The notes below the pieces were generated by a model. The model made no database searches. It was not told the origin of the DNA and was given only the letters and a program-made list of their open reading frames with translations. From positions 7,472-71,471 of the forward strand of contig CAZPUR010000005.1 of assembly GCA_964589815.1 (NCBI GenBank): a DNA stretch of 64,000 bases. The letters run 5' to 3'. Origin of the DNA: an uncultured Pseudomonadales bacterium (lineage in GTDB: Bacteria > Patescibacteriota > Microgenomatia > UBA1400). Below, in pieces: positions 1 to 13,049 of the stretch (within the stretch, counting starts at the first letter, position 1; every line of letters begins with the position of its first letter). Both the position numbers and the translations under genes were made by a program.

Positions 1-127
1 TGGCTGGTGAAACCGCCAAATCATATTTTTTCTCTAAAGTTTCTGAACCGACCGGTTCGGCGGTTTTAATATGCTCCTCAATTAAGGCTTTTAAGATTTG
101 CGTTTGTCTATCAGATAATTCTTCCAT
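1..127 (-). CDS. hrcA: Heat-inducible transcription repressor HrcA (5' part only; runs off window)
   Basis: Manual translation from ATG at 127: MEELSDRQTQILKALIEEHIKTAEPVGSETLEKKYDLAVSPA, typical HrcA winged-helix N-terminus; CIRCE upstream. Confidence 0.93.
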   Translation of the reverse strand, partial: MEELSDRQTQILKALIEEHIKTAEPVGSETLEKKYDLAVSPA

Positions 128-148
128 AATTTTGCCTTTCAGGCAGAA

Positions 149-264
149 AAATTCCAAATCACAAATTTCAAATAAATTCAAAATTCTAATGACCAAAATT
201 CAAAAATGTTTAGAATTTAGAATTTTGATATTTAATATTGTTTGTAATTTTGTGCTTGTGATTT
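149..264. repeat. Degenerate heptamer tracts forming an imperfect inverted repeat
   Basis: Left arm aaattcc/aaatcac/aaatttc..., right arm tttagaa/tttagaa/ttttgat...; aaatcacaa (156-164) pairs with ttgtgattt (256-264), aaattctaa (181-189) with ttagaattt (210-218). Confidence 0.7.
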
Positions 265-298
265 ATTACTTCCAGCTTAGCAATTTGCTAAGCTGGTA

Positions 299-325
299 TT
301 AGCACTATTTAACCACGACTGCTAA
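299..325. promoter_or_regulatory. CIRCE operator (HrcA site) in hrcA promoter
   Basis: TTAGCACTA-N9-GACTGCTAA vs consensus TTAGCACTC-N9-GAGTGCTAA (one mismatch per arm); minus-strand TTGACA at 330-335. Confidence 0.9.
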
Positions 326-336
326 AAGATGTCAAG

Positions 337-401
337 CCCTGAACCATGCGACGCCTGTCATCAGGCTTCACGCCTGACTGACAGGCAGCTTAGGTTCAGG
401 G
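337..401. repeat. 65-bp nested palindromic element, copy 1
   Basis: 9-bp terminal IR ccctgaacc/ggttcaggg enclosing a gcctgtca-tcaggc/gcctga-tgacaggc hairpin; reverse complement of 3335-3399 with 1 mismatch. Confidence 0.92.
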
Positions 402-446
402 TCAAGCCCCAAAACCACCTTCCTCTTTATCTACTATAGGATACTC

Positions 447-474
447 TTGACAAACCCCATCTTTGTGCTATAAT
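447..474 (+). promoter_or_regulatory. Sigma70-type promoter for M23 gene
   Basis: TTGACA (447-452), 16-nt spacer, TGcTATAAT (-10 at 469-474). Confidence 0.75.
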
Positions 475-537
475 CCTTGTGTTCTCTCCAAAAAACATGG
501 AGAGAATTTTTTTATCGGGCCTGAATTAAGCCCAATT

Positions 538-1224
538 ATGAATAAAAAGCTATGGCTATTTTTATCTATTGCCGCCAATATTTTTTGGCAAACAATAGGA
601 TTTTTCTTGGCTGCTTTTTATCTTTTCTATCGCTTCTTTTTTCCTCAAATTGAAGGCAGCCATCCTTTGTCTAAAGTCTTCAGAAAAGTTTTCGAGCAGA
701 AAAAAGCCCAAGTTTTTTGGGGTATTGGTTTATTGGTTTTAATTTTATCAGGCCAACTTTTCTCTCGTCCGTTTTCTGTTCAAGCCCAATTTGAACCTGA
801 ACCAGTCTTGGTTGTTTCTCAGGAAGTGATCACTACGGAAACTACTTTTCAAAAACCGACTCAAGGTTGGTTTTCCCAAGGTTTCTCTTGGTATCATCAG
901 GCTGTCGATTTAGGCGCTCCTTTAGGAGAAAAAGTTTACCCCATTGGCTCTGGTAAAGTCATCACCATCAAATATAGTCAATGGGGTTATGGTCACTTTG
1001 TGGTCGTGGAACATGAAATGGGTCTCAAATCTTTATACGCCCATTTAGGAGAAATTAAAGTTAAACCAGGCCAAAAAATCGATAAGCAGACTTTACTGGG
1101 CTTTATTGGTTTAACCGGCTATACTACCGGTCCCCACCTTCACTTAGAAGTTTATGGTGATGAAGGTTATCTTAACCCGGTCGATCTGGTGCCTGGGATT
1201 TTACCTCAATTTGCCTATAAGTAA
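538..1224 (+). CDS. Membrane-anchored M23 family metallopeptidase
   Basis: HQAVD, YAHL, GPHLH motifs; N-terminal hydrophobic segments; start moved to ATG 538, downstream of the promoter. Confidence 0.88.
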   Translation: MNKKLWLFLSIAANIFWQTIGFFLAAFYLFYRFFFPQIEGSHPLSKVFRKVFEQKKAQVFWGIGLLVLILSGQLFSRPFSVQAQFEPEPVLVVSQEVITTETTFQKPTQGWFSQGFSWYHQAVDLGAPLGEKVYPIGSGKVITIKYSQWGYGHFVVVEHEMGLKSLYAHLGEIKVKPGQKIDKQTLLGFIGLTGYTTGPHLHLEVYGDEGYLNPVDLVPGILPQFAYK

Positions 1225-1227
1225 ATA

Positions 1228-1255
1228 AACCCAGCCTTTCGCAAAAGGCTGGGTT
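1228..1255. terminator. Hairpin between convergent M23 and groEL genes
   Basis: aacccagccttt-cgca-aaaggctgggtt, 12-bp perfect stem. Confidence 0.8.
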
Positions 1256-1311
1256 ATTCTTAAATCTTATTTTTCAGTTTTGAGTTTTGCGATTTGAGTT
1301 TTGAACTTTTA

Positions 1312-2946
<1,635 letters not shown>

Positions 2947-3243
2947 TTACCTCCTAAGAATCGCTAATATATCTTCAAATTTAACAAATAAATATTCTTT
3001 TTCACCAATACCCAATTTAACTTCATCGCCGCCCCATTTTTTATAAATCACTAAATTGCCTTTTTTACAAGGAGCGGTTCTTTTTTTAGTATCTGGACCC
3101 ACTGCCAGAACTTTAGCTTCTTGGGGTTTTTCATCATGAGAATCAGGTAAATAAATGCCTGAAGCAGTTTTCTTTTGAGCTTTGACCGGTTCTAATAAAA
3201 TGTAACCGGCGGTCGGTTGAAGTTTTGAAATCGATGCTGTCAT
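2947..3243 (-). CDS. groS: Co-chaperonin GroES
   Basis: KTASGIYLP, EDILA; upstream of groEL; SD AAGGAGG. Confidence 0.98.
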   Translation of the reverse strand: MTASISKLQPTAGYILLEPVKAQKKTASGIYLPDSHDEKPQEAKVLAVGPDTKKRTAPCKKGNLVIYKKWGGDEVKLGIGEKEYLFVKFEDILAILRR

Positions 3244-3279
3244 AAAAATGCCTCCTTAATTTTGAATGATGAAAAAATG

Positions 3280-3333
3280 CTATCAGTTAATGATAGCAAG
3301 TGCTATTTTAAAAATAAAGAGCTTGTTTGTCAA
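3280..3333 (-). promoter_or_regulatory. groES promoter with degenerate CIRCE-like site
   Basis: Minus strand TTGACA (3328-3333), 17 nt, TAAAAT (3305-3310), overlapped by ATAGCACTT-N9-AACTGATAG. Confidence 0.75.
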
Positions 3334-3334
3334 G

Positions 3335-3399
3335 CCCTGAACCTAAGCTGCCTGTCAGTCAGGCATGAAGCCTGATGACAGGCGTCGCATGGTTCAGGG
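3335..3399. repeat. 65-bp nested palindromic element, copy 2 (inverted relative to copy 1)
   Basis: 64/65 identical to reverse complement of 337-401. Confidence 0.92.
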
Positions 3400-3528
3400 C
3401 GCAAACCACGAACACGACGTATCTGTTCCGCCAGCTGGCGGATTACAGAAAGGAGTTGTTGTGTGGTCAAGCCCTGAACCAGAATACCATGAACCAGAAT
3501 AAATTCGATTCACGGCGAGGAGCTCGGT

Positions 3529-4014
3529 TCAAGATAAAAGCTTAGTGGTTGAATATCTATGATTAAAAGGAAAAACAAAAAGTTTCCCCCTAATTTTTTT
3601 AATCATTTTTCTTTTTTTTTCTAAAAAAGGCGTATTTTCCGAAACCGCCAAAATCTTTGGTTTAATTAATTGAAGTAATGCTAAATGATCCTTTGGATCA
3701 TTAAAATCTTCTGGTAAAGAAAAAATAAAATCTACAACTTTAAGTTTAACTAAAGCTTCTGCCCTTTTCTGCCAATTATTAATTGGCCTTGCTTTACCTT
3801 TTAATTGCCTCACTCTTTTATCTGACTCCAAACCTATAATTAAAAGCTCTCCTTGTTTTTTACTGGCTTTTAAAAAAGCTTTATGTCCTTGGTGCAGAAT
3901 ATCAAAACAACCGGTCGCTAATACGGTAGCGAGTGGCGGGTGGACGGGTGGGCGGCCAAGGCAGCGAGTAGTGAGTAATTTTTTTAATTTTTGTAAGGAA
4001 ATTATTTTTCTCAT
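3529..4014 (-). CDS. Cytidylyl/adenylyltransferase-like protein (RfaE-II/TagD family)
   Basis: TGCFDILHQGH (HxGH), KGKARP, YSTT C-terminus. Confidence 0.85.
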   Translation of the reverse strand: MRKIISLQKLKKLLTTRCLGRPPVHPPLATVLATGCFDILHQGHKAFLKASKKQGELLIIGLESDKRVRQLKGKARPINNWQKRAEALVKLKVVDFIFSLPEDFNDPKDHLALLQLIKPKILAVSENTPFLEKKRKMIKKIRGKLFVFPFNHRYSTTKLLS

Positions 4015-4053
4015 TCGCGTTAATTCGCATACATCATTCGCATCTATTCGTAT

Positions 4054-6771
<2,718 letters not shown>

Positions 6772-6775
<4 letters not shown>

Positions 6776-8931
6776 TTTGAGTCTTTTTTAGGTTTAGTAT
6801 ATCTTTCTCTTGATAATTTCAAGACTTTTTCTCTGTTTTTATTCCGGCATTTAGGCAGGGGCAGAGTTAAAGCATAAAAGGGAGTGGAGGTGAGGTTATC
6901 AATCGCCAACTTAATAATACTCTGGAAGTTGCCTAGCTTAACCAAGTCATCTTCTTCATATTCTTTGCCAAATTCACGCGATAAAAAATAAGCATCTTGG
7001 GCGCCAACCAAAAAAGAGATTAAAGTGCCGGTGTTGCCGAAAATAGCTTTTTGAATTTCTTCTGTCAACTGACCAATATATTGGTTAGCCACACAAATAT
7101 CGAGCCGATATTTTCTGGCCTCAGATAAAATTTTAACAAAAGAGTTCGTGGCAAAACTTTGGAACTCGTCTACGTATAAATAAAAATCTTTTCTTTCTGC
7201 TTCTTTCACTTTAACCCGGTTCATTGACGCCAGCTGCATTTTAGTAATAAACATCGCCCCCAGTAGGGCGGCATTGTCCTCGCCTAATTTGCCCTGGGAA
7301 AAATTACAAATCAAAATCTTGCCTTGATTCATAAATTCTTCTAAATCAATCGTGGAATGAGGATGACCAATAATTCCTCTGATCATCGGGGAGGTGACAA
7401 ATTGCCCGACTTTATTCATAATTGGTGAAATCGCCTCGGAACGAAGTTTGTCAGACATTTTGTTGTATTCATTAAGCCAAAAGTTTTTCAAAGCGCCTGA
7501 ACAATATTTTTCCACGACTTTTTGACGAAAAGCATCATCAGCCAATATCTTAGGCACATCAACCAAAGTACTGCCTGGCCGGTTCACCAAAGTTAAAATG
7601 GTGTTGCGCAAAATATATTCCAGCCTCGGTCCCCAAGAATAAGAATAAAGCTTGTAAAAAATGGCCACAATGCCGGAAGCGACTAGTTCTGCGTGTTCTT
7701 TTTCTTTCACTTCTAGGGGATTTAAACGAAAAGGATGTTTGGTATCTGAAGGGTCTAAAAAACAAACATCATTTAGCCTGTATGAGGGAATATAGTCTAA
7801 TAAAATTTCGCATAAATCTCCATGAGGGTCAATCACGGCCACTCCCTCTTTATTCCTGATATCATTAATAACCATGTTGGCAATTAAGGTTGATTTCCCC
7901 GTGCCGGTTTTGCCAATAATATAAATGTGTTTTCTTCTATCCGGCCTTTTAATGCCAAAATTAGCCATTTGGTTTTTAAACTCGGTTTTAGCAAAAAAAT
8001 TAATCTCTTTTTTCTCGGCCTCATCTAATCCCACGGCAATGGGCAGGTTTTCCGGCGGTTCGCCAGCCATTGTACCGCCCCAAGAAATGTTTTTAATTTT
8101 ACTTAAAGTTTCATTAGGAAGATGAAAAATGGTCGCTAACTCCTCAATGTTTAAAAATTGATAACGAGGCACATATTTAAATTGACGGTTAAGAATAGTT
8201 TGTAAAAATTTCTTTTTGGCTCTAGGTTTTTTTAGACCTAAACTATTGCCTTCGCCCGAAGTTAAATTACCAAAAGAACCAGCCAAGTGGTTTAAAAAAG
8301 AACTGCTGGCATTTTTATCTACGGAAATAGTTAATAATTTTAAACTGGATTTAAAAGCTTTCTGAGTAATTTTTTGCTCAAATAATCTAGCTTGAGGGTG
8401 AGAGCGATTGTGCTCGCCGTCAGGAGTGGGCACGCCTTGATCTAAGATTTTTCTCGCTGAAGCAGCATAACCTGAACCAGCAGGGCTAATTGATAACTGC
8501 AGCAAGGCTTTATCATCTGGACCAGCTTTGGCCAATGTCCCTAATAATGAAGATAAGGGATCAACATCTTGGAAATCTTTATATGTTTTTAAAGGATAAT
8601 AATAAGCTTTGCTTAAAACTAACTGGCCAAAATCTGACTTTTCCCATGGCCAATCCGAAAGATAATCTTTTACCCGAGAGATAATAGCTTTAGGATATTG
8701 AGCCGTCAGCTGGGAAATAAAATATGGCTCAAAATCGGTGCTCACCACACTGTAAAAATGAATGGTTTGCTTAAAAAGACCCAATTCAAAAGTAACACAT
8801 TCTTCTTTACCTAAAAGTCTTCGCCAAAAAGAAGACTGGATGTTTGATAAAGCCGCAAACAAGGCCACGGCCGCCTCAGGAGTCTCCTCGCTATCTTTAG
8901 GCACTCTAATTTCTAAAACCTGCTTTTCCAT
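6772..8931 (-). CDS. VirD4/TraD/TrwB-like (type IV coupling / HerA-FtsK superfamily) ATPase
   Basis: Walker A GKTGTGKS, IDPHGD, Walker B YLYVDEFQ, LSEARKYRL, ANQY. Confidence 0.85.
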
Positions 8932-8973
8932 CAAGAGTATTTTAACATTTCGGGGAATAACAAAGCAAAAACT

Positions 8974-9567
8974 TTAAGAAGACAAAAACTGAGCAATTAA
9001 TTGATCATATTGGCTGGTCAACTGAAAAACCTTTTGAGCATATTCTTTTCGTTCTTTTAAAGACAATCTATTTTTTTGTCTTAATTTTTTGACAACTGAA
9101 TCATAATCCTTAATCTGACAGATAGGAATGACTGACTCAAAATTTTTGGCTGCGGCTCTTAAAAGAGCCACTCCGCCAATATCAATTTGCTCAATCGCCT
9201 GCTTTAAAGTTGCTTTTTTATTTTTAATGGTTTTTGCAAAAGGATAGAGATTAACCACCACCATATCAAAAGATTTAAGCTTATGTTTGGCTAATTCTTG
9301 TAAATGATTCTTGTTCTTTTTATCAGCTAAAATTCCGCCAAAGATTTTAGGATGTAAGGTTTTTACTCGACCACCTAAAATTTCCTCAAATCGAGTAACT
9401 TTTTCTACTGGTTTGACTAAAAAACCGGCCTTGGCTAAATATCTGGCAGTGCCGCCGGTAGAAACAATTTCCAGGATAAAAAGCCGGCTTAATTGCCTCA
9501 CCAACCCTCTGAGTCCAGTTTTGTCAAAAACACTGATCAAAACTCTTAATGGTTCTTTCTTGGTCAT
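8974..9567 (-). CDS. purH: IMP cyclohydrolase (stand-alone PurH N-terminal MGS domain)
   Basis: LISVFDKTG, STGGTA, GRVKTLHP, NLYPF, IEQIDIGG; likely start 9567. Confidence 0.92.
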   Translation of the reverse strand: MTKKEPLRVLISVFDKTGLRGLVRQLSRLFILEIVSTGGTARYLAKAGFLVKPVEKVTRFEEILGGRVKTLHPKIFGGILADKKNKNHLQELAKHKLKSFDMVVVNLYPFAKTIKNKKATLKQAIEQIDIGGVALLRAAAKNFESVIPICQIKDYDSVVKKLRQKNRLSLKERKEYAQKVFQLTSQYDQLIAQFLSS

Positions 9568-9568
9568 T

Positions 9569-10528
9569 TTAATGATAAAAACAACGAATGCCCGTAAAAA
9601 CCATGGGGATATTTTGCCGATTGCATAAATCAATTGTTTCTTGGTCTCTAATAGAACCGCCCGGCTGAATGATGGCTTTTACTCCTGCTTTAATTAAAGT
9701 CTCTGGCCCATCCTTAAAGGGGAAAAATGCATCAGAAGCAACCACCGTATTTTTACTCCGCTGGCCTGCTTTAGCTGCAGCCAGCTGACAGCAACGCAAA
9801 CGATCTTGCTGGCCCACGCCGCTTGAGATTAACTGTTGGTTTTTGGCCAAAACAATACTATTGGCCTTAGAAACCTGAGCAATTTTCCAAGCAAATTTTA
9901 AATCAGTCAATTGCTTTCTAGTGGGTTTTTTTCTGGTGACTATTTTTAAATCTTGATTTTTCAGCTGATAAATATCTGCCTCCTGAACTAGCAATCCGCC
10001 TCTAATTTGTCTAAAATCCAAACTTTTAACCAATTTGGGTTTGGCCAAACCGGGATTAGTCAAAACCCTTAGGTTTGGTTTGGTTTGAAAAAATTTTCTA
10101 GCTGCAAAGTTAATCTTAGGACAAAGTAAAACTTCAAAAAATCTATTCTCAGACAGCATTATTTTTGCCAACTGTTCGCTTACCGCTCGATTCACCGCAA
10201 TAATACTGCCAAAAGCAGCCAAACTATCTCCCTGCCAAGCCTTGAAAAAAGCCTTTTTTATATCTTTATGCCTACTGGCACCGCAAGGATTGGTATGTTT
10301 AATCACGATGCAGCTAGGTTTTTTTTGACCAATGAAGCTAATTGCCTTAACTGCAGCATTAATATCCAAAAAGTTATTAAAAGACAATTCCTTTCCCTGA
10401 ATTTGTTTAAATTTAAACAGGGCTAAAGAGTCAGAAGTTTTTGCCTGCCAAACCCAGGCTTTTTGATGAGGGTTTTCTCCATAACGAAGTTTACAAGGTT
10501 GTTGAAACTGGAAATTAATTTTTTTCAT
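9569..10528 (-). CDS. purH: AICAR transformylase (stand-alone PurH C-terminal domain)
   Basis: LRYGENPHQ, IKHTNPCG, SDAFFPF, IIQPGGSIRD. Confidence 0.92.
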   Translation of the reverse strand: MKKINFQFQQPCKLRYGENPHQKAWVWQAKTSDSLALFKFKQIQGKELSFNNFLDINAAVKAISFIGQKKPSCIVIKHTNPCGASRHKDIKKAFFKAWQGDSLAAFGSIIAVNRAVSEQLAKIMLSENRFFEVLLCPKINFAARKFFQTKPNLRVLTNPGLAKPKLVKSLDFRQIRGGLLVQEADIYQLKNQDLKIVTRKKPTRKQLTDLKFAWKIAQVSKANSIVLAKNQQLISSGVGQQDRLRCCQLAAAKAGQRSKNTVVASDAFFPFKDGPETLIKAGVKAIIQPGGSIRDQETIDLCNRQNIPMVFTGIRCFYH

Positions 10529-11846
10529 TAATCAGGAAAATTCTCTGTACCGCTAAAACAGCGTTACCCGGATCAATAACAGTCATAACCGGAACTTTTG
10601 AAGGCATTTGTAAACTAGAATGGACATTAACTAAATAATCAAGTTTATCCTTAAAAGGTGGGCAGGCGATTACTGGAAAAGAACTATTAGCTGCCACAAA
10701 ACCTGATAAAGCATTGGATCGACCGGCAACAGTGATAAAAACCACTTTTTTGCCGAGTTTTTTATACCCATCAATTATTTCTAGAATTTTCTTGGGCTGT
10801 TTATGGGCTGAGGCATAGAAACTTTTGAACTTAAGCTTCTTTTCTTTTAAAAATCCTTCTATTTTCCTCACAAATTTTTTATCTTTTTGACTACCAGCAA
10901 TAATCACCACTTGGCTTAAAGGAATGGAAAGATTTGATTTAATTCTTTCTATAATATTGTCTCTTTCCGGCTTAAATTTCTTGCCAGTAATTTTTTCATA
11001 AAGTTGACGGTAACGACGGCTTACCTGATAACGATAATAATCAGGCATCCGAGGAACCTTACCATCGCCCCGATAGTCCCGCTTAGCATACCAAAGGCGG
11101 AAAAACTCTTTATCAAAATTTTCTGGCTCTAGACCTTTATTAAATCTCTTTTTATAACTTTCGGCAATCCAAAAGCGGGAAGAGTCTGGAGTATGGACTT
11201 CGTCAATTAAAGTAAGCCGACCATGATGATCACCAAACTCATATTTAGTATCAACTAAAATAAGGCCACCTTTTTTAGCAATTCGCTGACCTCTTTTAAA
11301 TAAAGCTAAAGCGGCTTTTTCCATCTGTTCATACACCTTTTTAGGAACAATCTTTCTTTGAAGGATTTCTTCTCTGGAAATTTTTTCATCATGGCCTCCC
11401 GGGCCAGTACCCCGAGTGGTAGGAGTAATTACTGGCTGGGGTAGTTTTTGGTTCTTTTTTAATCCCTCAGGAAATTTAAGACCGTAAATTTCTCTTTTCC
11501 CCTGCGAATAGTTATACCAAAGAGAGGTAATAGTCACGCCGGTGATATAGCCGCGGACAACAACTTCAATTGGATAGGGCTGGCAATCTTTGCAAATCAT
11601 GACATTGGGATCAGGAATATCAATCATATGATTAGCAACAATGTCCTTTGTTTTTTCAAACCAAAAAGCAGACAATTGATTTAAAACCTGGCCTTTATGA
11701 GGAATGCAACCTAAAATCCGATCAAAAGAAGAAATCCGATCAGTAGTAATTAAAATTCTTTTATTATCTTTAATATAGTAATCTCTGACTTTGCCTTGAT
11801 ATTTTTTCCCAAAACCAGTTAAATTGATGGTTTTCAAGATGTTCAT
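10515..11846 (-). CDS. purC: SAICAR synthetase-AIR carboxylase fusion (PurC-PurE)
   Basis: GKVRD, TDRISSFD, DTKYEFG, DEVHTPDSSRFW, followed by PurE domain SAHK, AGRSNAL, PVIACPP. Confidence 0.92.
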   Translation of the reverse strand: MNILKTINLTGFGKKYQGKVRDYYIKDNKRILITTDRISSFDRILGCIPHKGQVLNQLSAFWFEKTKDIVANHMIDIPDPNVMICKDCQPYPIEVVVRGYITGVTITSLWYNYSQGKREIYGLKFPEGLKKNQKLPQPVITPTTRGTGPGGHDEKISREEILQRKIVPKKVYEQMEKAALALFKRGQRIAKKGGLILVDTKYEFGDHHGRLTLIDEVHTPDSSRFWIAESYKKRFNKGLEPENFDKEFFRLWYAKRDYRGDGKVPRMPDYYRYQVSRRYRQLYEKITGKKFKPERDNIIERIKSNLSIPLSQVVIIAGSQKDKKFVRKIEGFLKEKKLKFKSFYASAHKQPKKILEIIDGYKKLGKKVVFITVAGRSNALSGFVAANSSFPVIACPPFKDKLDYLVNVHSSLQMPSKVPVMTVIDPGNAVLAVQRIFLINEKN

Positions 11847-11892
11847 AGAATTAAGGAATGTAGTTTTTCATAAATTTTTATTGTCTTATTTT

Positions 11893-12141
11893 CTATTTAG
11901 CTTCTCCACAGGCAACTACAATTACTCGTTCATGTCCTGGTCCGTAATCCCCTGAGTCGATAGTTATTTGACTTTCAAAACAACTTGCTACTGTTCGTCC
12001 TGATTCTTGGATATCAGTGAGAGCTTTACTTAATCTACTCGTGAGTTCTTCTTCAGTGAGACCACCAACGGGATTACGTCTATCAAATACTACTTCTCCC
12101 GTATGAACTACTACTACAGGATTTCCGCCAAGTTCTTCCAT
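11893..12141 (-). CDS. Hypothetical protein, 82 aa
   Basis: ORF with SD-like AGGTGGTGA upstream; no recognised motif. Confidence 0.55.
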   Translation of the reverse strand: MEELGGNPVVVVHTGEVVFDRRNPVGGLTEEELTSRLSKALTDIQESGRTVASCFESQITIDSGDYGPGHERVIVVACGEAK

Positions 12142-12171
12142 TTTGAATCACCACCTTTTAAAATTATTGAT

Positions 12172-12246
12172 TTATTGGTATTTTACACCAATTGGGTTAA
12201 TAATTACTTGATTTCCCAAAGCTAGTTTCTTGCCGTCAATTATCAT
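12172..12246 (-). pseudogene. Possible folD 5' remnant (MIIDGKKLA...)
   Basis: SD AAGGGG then MIIDGKKLALGNQVIINPIGVKYQ*; first 9 aa resemble the FolD N-terminus. Confidence 0.4.
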
Positions 12247-12277
12247 AAATATTCCCCTTAACCATATTTTAGATTAA

Positions 12278-12301
12278 AAAAGCGCTCTTTACAGCGCTTT
12301 T
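12278..12301 (-). terminator. Intrinsic terminator-like hairpin
   Basis: aaaagcgct-6nt-agcgctttt with U-run on minus strand. Confidence 0.65.
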
Positions 12302-12410
12302 AATTAAAATTCCTAAAAATCTTTAATAAATACCAAACCTCGAGCATAAAAATCATCCTTTAATAAATCTACTATTAACAGAAGAATAAATTAATGTCAA
12401 GCAAGCTGCT

Positions 12411-12935
12411 CTAAATAGTTAAAACTTCCACAATCTTCTCACCAAACTCCTTAGCTACTTGAGGTCCTTGAGCGGTAACAATTTTACCATCAACTACCAC
12501 TCCTTCATTAACATAAGTGGCACCTTTGCTTTTCAGATTGCTCTCTTCTGAGGAAAAGGCAGTCGCTTTTTTGTCTTCAAGTAAGCCGGCATCAGCTAAA
12601 ATCGAGGGGGCAATACAAATGGCCGCAATGACTTTATCTTGAGCCACGACCTCTTTAGCCAAATTTAAAACCCCTTGGTCATAGAAATAAACCGAGGAGC
12701 CAGGACCACCAACAAAGACAATCGCTTCATAATCTTCAACTTTAACCTCAGCTAAATCAAGATCAACTTTAACTTTTGCTCCTAGGGTGCCGTTTGTCTC
12801 ACTTACTCCTTTAGAGGCAACCTTCACTTCTGCGCCACTATTTTCAAAAACTTGTTTTGGTTTCAAAAATTCTTCATCACGAAAATCTTTAGGCGCCAGC
12901 ACCATTAATATTTTTTTACCAGTCAGGTCAACCAT
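12411..12935 (-). CDS. DJ-1/PfpI family protein
   Basis: FRDEE, FVGGPG, AAICIAP nucleophile elbow, IVTAQGP. Confidence 0.92.
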   Translation of the reverse strand: MVDLTGKKILMVLAPKDFRDEEFLKPKQVFENSGAEVKVASKGVSETNGTLGAKVKVDLDLAEVKVEDYEAIVFVGGPGSSVYFYDQGVLNLAKEVVAQDKVIAAICIAPSILADAGLLEDKKATAFSSEESNLKSKGATYVNEGVVVDGKIVTAQGPQVAKEFGEKIVEVLTI

Positions 12936-12994
12936 TTTCTCTTCACCTCCCTCCTTAAGTAAAGAAGGCGTCTCAATTTCACTAATTAAGTAAG

Positions 12995-13044
12995 GTTTGC
13001 GGGGAGACTAGTCCCGCTAGCGGGATCGGTCGACCTCAGCAAAC
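12995..13044. repeat. Nested GC-rich palindromic element
   Basis: gtttgc...gcaaac outer stem around tcccgc-ta-gcggga core. Confidence 0.7.
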
Positions 13045-13049
13045 TGTCA

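Noticed and set aside
4013-4053. attcgc repeats between purA and the cytidylyltransferase as CRISPR or ncRNA
   Set aside because: Only four short degenerate units with no spacers; treated as low-complexity tract.
12936-13007. In-frame N-terminal extension of DJ-1/PfpI
   Set aside because: No start codon before an in-frame stop at 13008-13010, and a strong SD supports ATG 12935.
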